64,000 nt of DNA, taken from Candidatus Bathyarchaeota archaeon (lineage in GTDB: Archaea > Thermoproteota > Bathyarchaeia > Bathyarchaeales > Bathycorpusculaceae). This document shows positions 59,279-64,000 of the stretch, piece by piece. Location of the stretch: the NCBI GenBank assembly GCA_963715865.1, contig OY970280.1, forward strand, positions 1,824,001-1,888,000, given 5' to 3'. Within the stretch, counting starts at the first letter, position 1, and each line of letters opens with the position of its first letter. The translations under genes were made by a program, and so were the position numbers. The notes under the pieces were generated by a model. That model had not been told where the DNA came from. It saw nothing but the letters and a program-made list of their open reading frames with translations, and searched no databases.

Positions 59279-60393
59279 GTGCATCCTACAGGAAATGGCT
59301 AAAAGAAAAACTCTTGAAACTTCAAGCAATAGACTGCTACTCTGCTGGAGCTTCACCCGAAACCGTAGCGAAGCAAATAGGCATCCCTGCAAAACAAATA
59401 ATCAAGCTAAATTTCAACGAGAACCTGTTCATTCCAAGAACGAAACAAGCTAAACTTGTTAAAGAGTTGGCTGATGAGATTGATTTGCGACTGTACCCTG
59501 AGGATGAAGATGCCAAGCTGCGCGAGAAGCTAACGAATTACATTAAGGCTCCAAAAGACTGCCTCGTGGTTGGCAACGCAAGCGACGAATTAATCGACCG
59601 AATCGTTAGGCTCTTTGTTGAGAAAGGTGAAAATGCAGTTTCGTTTGCGCCAACGTTCACTATTCCAAGACTTTGCGTTAAACGGCAAGAAGGCGAATAC
59701 ATTGCGGTGCCGCTTCTAAGCAACTTGCAGCTTGATGTTAAAGGGATGCTGTCCAAGTTTTCGGATAAAACCAGGCTACTGTACCTTTGTTCGCCCAATA
59801 ATCCGACTTCAACCCAGTTTAAAGTGGAAGACGTTGAAACCCTAGCCAAAGCTTTCCCGGGAGTTGTCATCTTGGATGAGGCGTACGGTGAATTCTCTGA
59901 CTACTCGCTGGTGCCACGAATAGGTGAGTTTGAGAATATGATTATTCTCAGAACGTTCTCCAAAGCCTTCGGTTTAGCTGCGCTCAGGCTTGGTTACGCC
60001 GTGGCAAATCCCGAGTTAGCAAAGATTTTGACCGAGAAAACTCCGTTGCCCTATCCTGTGAGTGGTTTCACTTTGAGGATGGGTTGCAAGATGCTGGACA
60101 ATGTTGACTTGATGAAGGAATCCGTGAAGGAACTAAAACGCGAACGGGGAAAACTGATAAAGGCACTAAACGAAATAGATGGCGTACAAGCATTCGATTC
60201 ACAAGCAAACTTCCTGCTAGTCAACACGCAAAAACCCTGCGACGAAGTTAACGAGAAGCTACTAAAACGGGGTATAATGCTCAAGAAATGGGGCAAAATC
60301 CTCCAATACGAAAACTGCTTCCGAGTAACAGTTGGCTTGCCAGAAATGAACGCTAAACTTATTGAAGCATTAAAACAAATTCAAAGTGATTAA
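59275..60393 (+). CDS. hisC: Histidinol-phosphate aminotransferase
   Basis: KLNFNEN, CSPNNPT, DEAY, RTFSKAFGLAALR. Confidence 0.95.
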   Translation: MSASYRKWLKEKLLKLQAIDCYSAGASPETVAKQIGIPAKQIIKLNFNENLFIPRTKQAKLVKELADEIDLRLYPEDEDAKLREKLTNYIKAPKDCLVVGNASDELIDRIVRLFVEKGENAVSFAPTFTIPRLCVKRQEGEYIAVPLLSNLQLDVKGMLSKFSDKTRLLYLCSPNNPTSTQFKVEDVETLAKAFPGVVILDEAYGEFSDYSLVPRIGEFENMIILRTFSKAFGLAALRLGYAVANPELAKILTEKTPLPYPVSGFTLRMGCKMLDNVDLMKESVKELKRERGKLIKALNEIDGVQAFDSQANFLLVNTQKPCDEVNEKLLKRGIMLKKWGKILQYENCFRVTVGLPEMNAKLIEALKQIQSD

Positions 60394-60395
60394 AG

Positions 60396-60971
60396 ATGAG
60401 GAAAGAAGAAGTTTACCGTAAAACCAAAGAAACCGAAGTTAAAGTGAAAGTGAACCTTGACGGCGAAGGAAAAGCCACCGTAAACACCGCTGTGCCCTTC
60501 CTAGACCACATGCTCACTTCGCTTGCGACACACAGCCTAATCGACATAACCGCTTCAGTGAAAGGCGACTTGGTGCACCACTCAGTTGAAGACTTAGCCA
60601 TAGGCTTAGGTGAAGCATTAAACAAAGCCTTAGGCACACGAGAAGGCATCACACGCTTCGGCAACGCCGCTGCACCGATGGATTGCTCTTTAGCGTTTGC
60701 AGCCGTGGACCTGGTAAAGCGTCCATACTTCAAAGTTGACCTTAAACTTAGAGGCAAAAAAGTAGAGAACATGCCAACCGAAGACATCAACCACTTCTTT
60801 GAATCCTTAGCTACCGCGCTTCAGGCAAATGTCCACGTGTTCGTTGAGTACGGTAGCAATGACCACCACAAGGCAGAAGCGGCAGTTAAAGCCCTCGCCT
60901 TGTCGCTTAGGCAAGCGGTAGCCTTAGACCCAAGACGGAAAGGAGTGCCAAGCTCAAAAGGAGTCATCTAA
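60396..60971 (+). CDS. hisB: Imidazoleglycerol-phosphate dehydratase
   Basis: RKTKET, FLDHML, HHSVED, PMD, NDHHKAEA, PSSKG. Confidence 0.97.
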   Translation: MRKEEVYRKTKETEVKVKVNLDGEGKATVNTAVPFLDHMLTSLATHSLIDITASVKGDLVHHSVEDLAIGLGEALNKALGTREGITRFGNAAAPMDCSLAFAAVDLVKRPYFKVDLKLRGKKVENMPTEDINHFFESLATALQANVHVFVEYGSNDHHKAEAAVKALALSLRQAVALDPRRKGVPSSKGVI

Positions 60972-61576
60972 TGCCAAAAACAGTAATATTCGACTATGGC
61001 GTTGGCAACCTGCTCAGCCTAAAATGCGCCCTAGAAAAAGCAGGCTTAGACGCATCAATTGGCACTTCAGCGCAAGAATTAGCCAATGCAGATGCTATTG
61101 CTTTGCCGGGTGTTGGGAACTTTAGCGCTGCCGCCACAAAACTCGGTGCCGTTAAAGAGACACTCATAAACAAGGTTGAAGACGGCACACCGCTGCTCGG
61201 TATATGCTTAGGCTTGCAACTTTTCTTTGAGGAAAGCGAAGAAGGACCAGGAAACGGCTTAGCACTTTTCAAGGGAAAAACAGTCCGCCTCCCCAGCACT
61301 GTAAAGGTGCCGCACATGGGTTGGAACACGCTGAACATGGTGAAACAAAACGAGCTTTTCAATGGCATAGCTGAGGGTTCTTACGTTTACTTCGTGCACT
61401 CGCTCTATCCTGTGCCAGTTGACAAAACGATAGTTTGCACACAAACCGAATACGGCACAACCTTCACTTCAGCAGTAGCCACCAAAAACGTTTATGGCAC
61501 GCAGTTTCACCCAGAAAAATCAGGCGACATCGGCTTAAAAATCCTAAAAAACTTCGCTAAAGTAATGGTAAGGTGA
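60971..61576 (+). CDS. hisH: Imidazole glycerol phosphate synthase, glutaminase subunit
   Basis: DYGVGN, LPGVG, GICLG, PHMGWN, YFVHS, QFHPEKS. Confidence 0.97.
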   Translation: MPKTVIFDYGVGNLLSLKCALEKAGLDASIGTSAQELANADAIALPGVGNFSAAATKLGAVKETLINKVEDGTPLLGICLGLQLFFEESEEGPGNGLALFKGKTVRLPSTVKVPHMGWNTLNMVKQNELFNGIAEGSYVYFVHSLYPVPVDKTIVCTQTEYGTTFTSAVATKNVYGTQFHPEKSGDIGLKILKNFAKVMVR

Positions 61577-61583
61577 CTTTGCA

Positions 61584-62306
61584 GTGCAGTTAATTCCAGC
61601 CATCGACCTCATGAGTGGCAAAATCGTCCGGTTATCACGCGGCGACCCGAAGACTACTAAGGTTTATGACCAGTTTGGAGGCCCTGTGGAAACTGCGAAG
61701 CGGTGGCGTGATGAAGGCGCAGGCAAACTGCACATTATTGATTTGGATGCGGCTTTCGGTACGGGAAACAATCATGCTGTTATCTCGGAAATTGCAGCGA
61801 ATATAGCGTTGCCAATCCAGGTCGGCGGCGGAATCCGCAGTTTTGAGACAGCGGCGAAACTGTTCAAGACGGGGATAAGTCAAGTTATTCTTGGCGCCTT
61901 AGCATTCAGCGACCAGTCAGCTATAGGTAGGATTCAGAAACGGTTTGGCGCTGAGTCAATTATTGTTGCTTTAGATAATAAGGATGGAAAGATTATGGTT
62001 GAGGGCTGGAAAACCGCAACAGCATTAAGCATAAACGAGGCACTGGAAAAATTCAACATGCTTGGCGTTAAAACGTTCCTTATAACTTCAATCGCTAAGG
62101 ACGGAATGCTGTCCGGTCCAGACCTTGAAACACTCAAACAAGCATGCCAGTCCCGTAACGCTAAGGTGATCGCGGCAGGCGGAATAGGCAGCTTAACCGA
62201 CTTAATTGCTCTAAAGCGCATTGGAGTAGAAGGGGCAGTGATTGGAAAAGCCCTTTATGAAGGCAGATTCACTCTAAAAGAAGCCATAAACAAAGTAGGA
62301 GCCTAA
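61584..62306 (+). CDS. hisA: ProFAR isomerase
   Basis: IPAIDL, HIIDLD, QVGGGIR, DGMLSGPD. Confidence 0.96.
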   Translation: MQLIPAIDLMSGKIVRLSRGDPKTTKVYDQFGGPVETAKRWRDEGAGKLHIIDLDAAFGTGNNHAVISEIAANIALPIQVGGGIRSFETAAKLFKTGISQVILGALAFSDQSAIGRIQKRFGAESIIVALDNKDGKIMVEGWKTATALSINEALEKFNMLGVKTFLITSIAKDGMLSGPDLETLKQACQSRNAKVIAAGGIGSLTDLIALKRIGVEGAVIGKALYEGRFTLKEAINKVGA

Positions 62307-62310
62307 AGCC

Positions 62311-63114
62311 ATGCCATTAGCAAAACGTATCGTTCCATGCCTCGATGTTGACCACGGAAAAGTAGTCAAAGGCATAAACTTCCTTAATCTAAAGCGGGCT
62401 GGTGACCCAGTTGAATTAGCGAAACGCTATTCAGATGAAGGCGCGGACGAACTGGTTTTTCTTGACATTACCGCCTCTTCGGAGAAGCGGGATATTTTAC
62501 GCGGGGTTGTTGAAGGCGTAGCCAAAGCAATCAGCATCCCGTTCACAGTTGGCGGCGGAATACGCAACGTTTCGGACGCAAGGCTGGTTTTATGCAGTGG
62601 CGCCGACAAGGTTTCAGTCAACACGGCAGCAGTGGAAAAACCAAAGGTGATTACGGAGTTAGCTGATGTTTTTGGTCAGCAATGCGTGGTTATCGCCATA
62701 GACGCTAAAAGAAACCGCAATGCCAGCGAGGGCAAGATTATGGTTGAAACTGGCGAAGGCTCAGTGTGGTTTGAAGTTTACACTTACGGGGGAAGAAAAC
62801 CCACAGGAATCGACGCTATAAAATGGGCGTTGCAGGCTGAAGCGCTTGGAGCAGGCGAGTTCCTTGTCACTTCGATGGATAAGGACGGCACAGAAGACGG
62901 CTACGACATCGAATTAACGCGTACCATTTCAGAGAGGGTTCATGTTCCAATTATCGCAAGCGGCGGCGCTGGAGTTCCACAGCATTTTCTTGAAGTTTTC
63001 ACCGATGGAAAGGCTGATGCAGCGTTGGCGGCTTCAGTGTTTCACTATAATAGTTATCCTGTTCCAGTTGTGAAGGATTTCTTGCGTAAAGCGGGGGTGA
63101 TAATTAGACAATGA
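62311..63114 (+). CDS. hisF: Imidazole glycerol phosphate synthase, cyclase subunit
   Basis: [33 protein letters not shown]. Confidence 0.97.
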   Translation: MPLAKRIVPCLDVDHGKVVKGINFLNLKRAGDPVELAKRYSDEGADELVFLDITASSEKRDILRGVVEGVAKAISIPFTVGGGIRNVSDARLVLCSGADKVSVNTAAVEKPKVITELADVFGQQCVVIAIDAKRNRNASEGKIMVETGEGSVWFEVYTYGGRKPTGIDAIKWALQAEALGAGEFLVTSMDKDGTEDGYDIELTRTISERVHVPIIASGGAGVPQHFLEVFTDGKADAALAASVFHYNSYPVPVVKDFLRKAGVIIRQ

Positions 63115-63443
63115 CGACGGCAGAGTTGTTTGAAAAATTAGATTTCAAAAAAGGCAACGGGCTTATCCCAGTGGTTGTTCAAGACGCAAAAACCAAAGAG
63201 ACGCTGATGCTTGCTTACGCTAATAGGGAAGCAGTGGAGAAGACGCTTAGCACCGGATTTGCCACTTACTGGAGCCGTTCCAGAGGCAAATTATGGGTAA
63301 AAGGCGAAACATCAGGGCACACACAAAAAATTCGCTCGGTTTCAGCCGACTGTGATTATGACGCTTTATTGTACGTGGTAGAACAGAAAGGCGTCGTATG
63401 CCACACTGGAGCGGCTACTTGCTTCCACAACAAGTTATTGTAA
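63111..63443 (+). CDS. hisI: Phosphoribosyl-AMP cyclohydrolase (no HisE domain)
   Basis: [27 protein letters not shown]. Confidence 0.96.
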   Translation: MTTAELFEKLDFKKGNGLIPVVVQDAKTKETLMLAYANREAVEKTLSTGFATYWSRSRGKLWVKGETSGHTQKIRSVSADCDYDALLYVVEQKGVVCHTGAATCFHNKLL

Positions 63444-63550
63444 AGGGGAGTCATTTGCTGATAAGCAACAAGAGACTTGAGATACCAATTTAATTTTTCA
63501 TTGTTTTTGTTTGAAAAGGCTTAAGTCTGCGTAGTCTTTAATACAGAATC

Positions 63551-63889
63551 ATGGAGATTCAAGTTGAAAAGCTGCCCAAAGTGCTGAGGAAAAGAGGTTT
63601 AGAAGAAAAATTAGGTGAGATTTGCAGGAAAAACGATATTGTCTTTTTGGCAGTGTTTGGATCTTTTGTTAGAGGAGAACAAAATAGAAAAAGCGATATT
63701 GATATTGCAATCGAGTTTGACCAGAGCAAAGGAAAAACACTCTTGGATTTAGTTCGCTTGGAAGATGAATTGAGTAAATTGTTCAAAAGAAAGGTGGACC
63801 TTGGAATTTTCAGCAGCTTAAACCCTTACATAGCAGAAGACGTGAAGAGAGAAATGCTTGTTATTTATGAAAAGATAATGTACGGTTAA
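63551..63889 (+). CDS. Minimal nucleotidyltransferase (MNT/MntA-type)
   Basis: VFGSFVRGE..SDIDI, KVDL. Confidence 0.9.
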   Translation: MEIQVEKLPKVLRKRGLEEKLGEICRKNDIVFLAVFGSFVRGEQNRKSDIDIAIEFDQSKGKTLLDLVRLEDELSKLFKRKVDLGIFSSLNPYIAEDVKREMLVIYEKIMYG

Positions 63890-64000
63890 TTTTTTTGTTA
63901 AGTGCTTCATAACAAGCCCTTGTAGTTAAGGCTTTTAAAGAAAAGCCCCCTTTCTATTCTTTGGGGATTAGTGAGAGATAATGTCACTTCATGAAGCTAT

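Noticed and set aside
1-64000. CRISPR array to accompany the Csa1/Cas4-like gene
   Set aside because: No run of equal-length repeats with unique spacers was seen. GTTTCAAAGTTGAAAG at ~16659 resembles fused repeat ends but is only 16 nt and not arrayed.

Overview
Archaeal chromosomal window. Gene content and style suggest Bathyarchaeia, but that is inference only. Housekeeping and metabolic blocks include aspartate kinase with an ADH synthase, pyrF, aconitase, a DtxR-FeoA/feoB iron-uptake operon, eIF2-alpha, a protein O-mannosylation-like cluster, the AMP phosphorylase/R15P isomerase/form III RuBisCO trio, an MvhD-ferredoxin/NfnAB cluster, trxB and a hisGDCBHAFI operon. These flank an accessory zone at about 15.3-29.8 kb centred on two divergent tRNA genes, Leu-TAG (-) and Thr-GGT (+). 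Each tRNA anchors an integrase-less islet bounded by a degenerate copy of its 3' end. The tRNA-Thr islet carries the best candidate for an undescribed system: a tightly coupled four-gene operon encoding an amino-DNA methyltransferase, a solo Csa1/Cas4-like Fe-S nuclease, a winged-helix protein and a BrxC/D-like P-loop ATPase, with no CRISPR array, cas1 or pglZ in the window. A proteasome-beta-like Ntn hydrolase and a truncated Orc1/Cdc6 lie beside it. Two conserved genes are broken by +1 frameshifts at the same CTTAG motif (sequencing artefact at CTAG versus recoding), and nfnA has ACG where its start codon should be. All assignments come from motif recognition by eye; no database searches were run.
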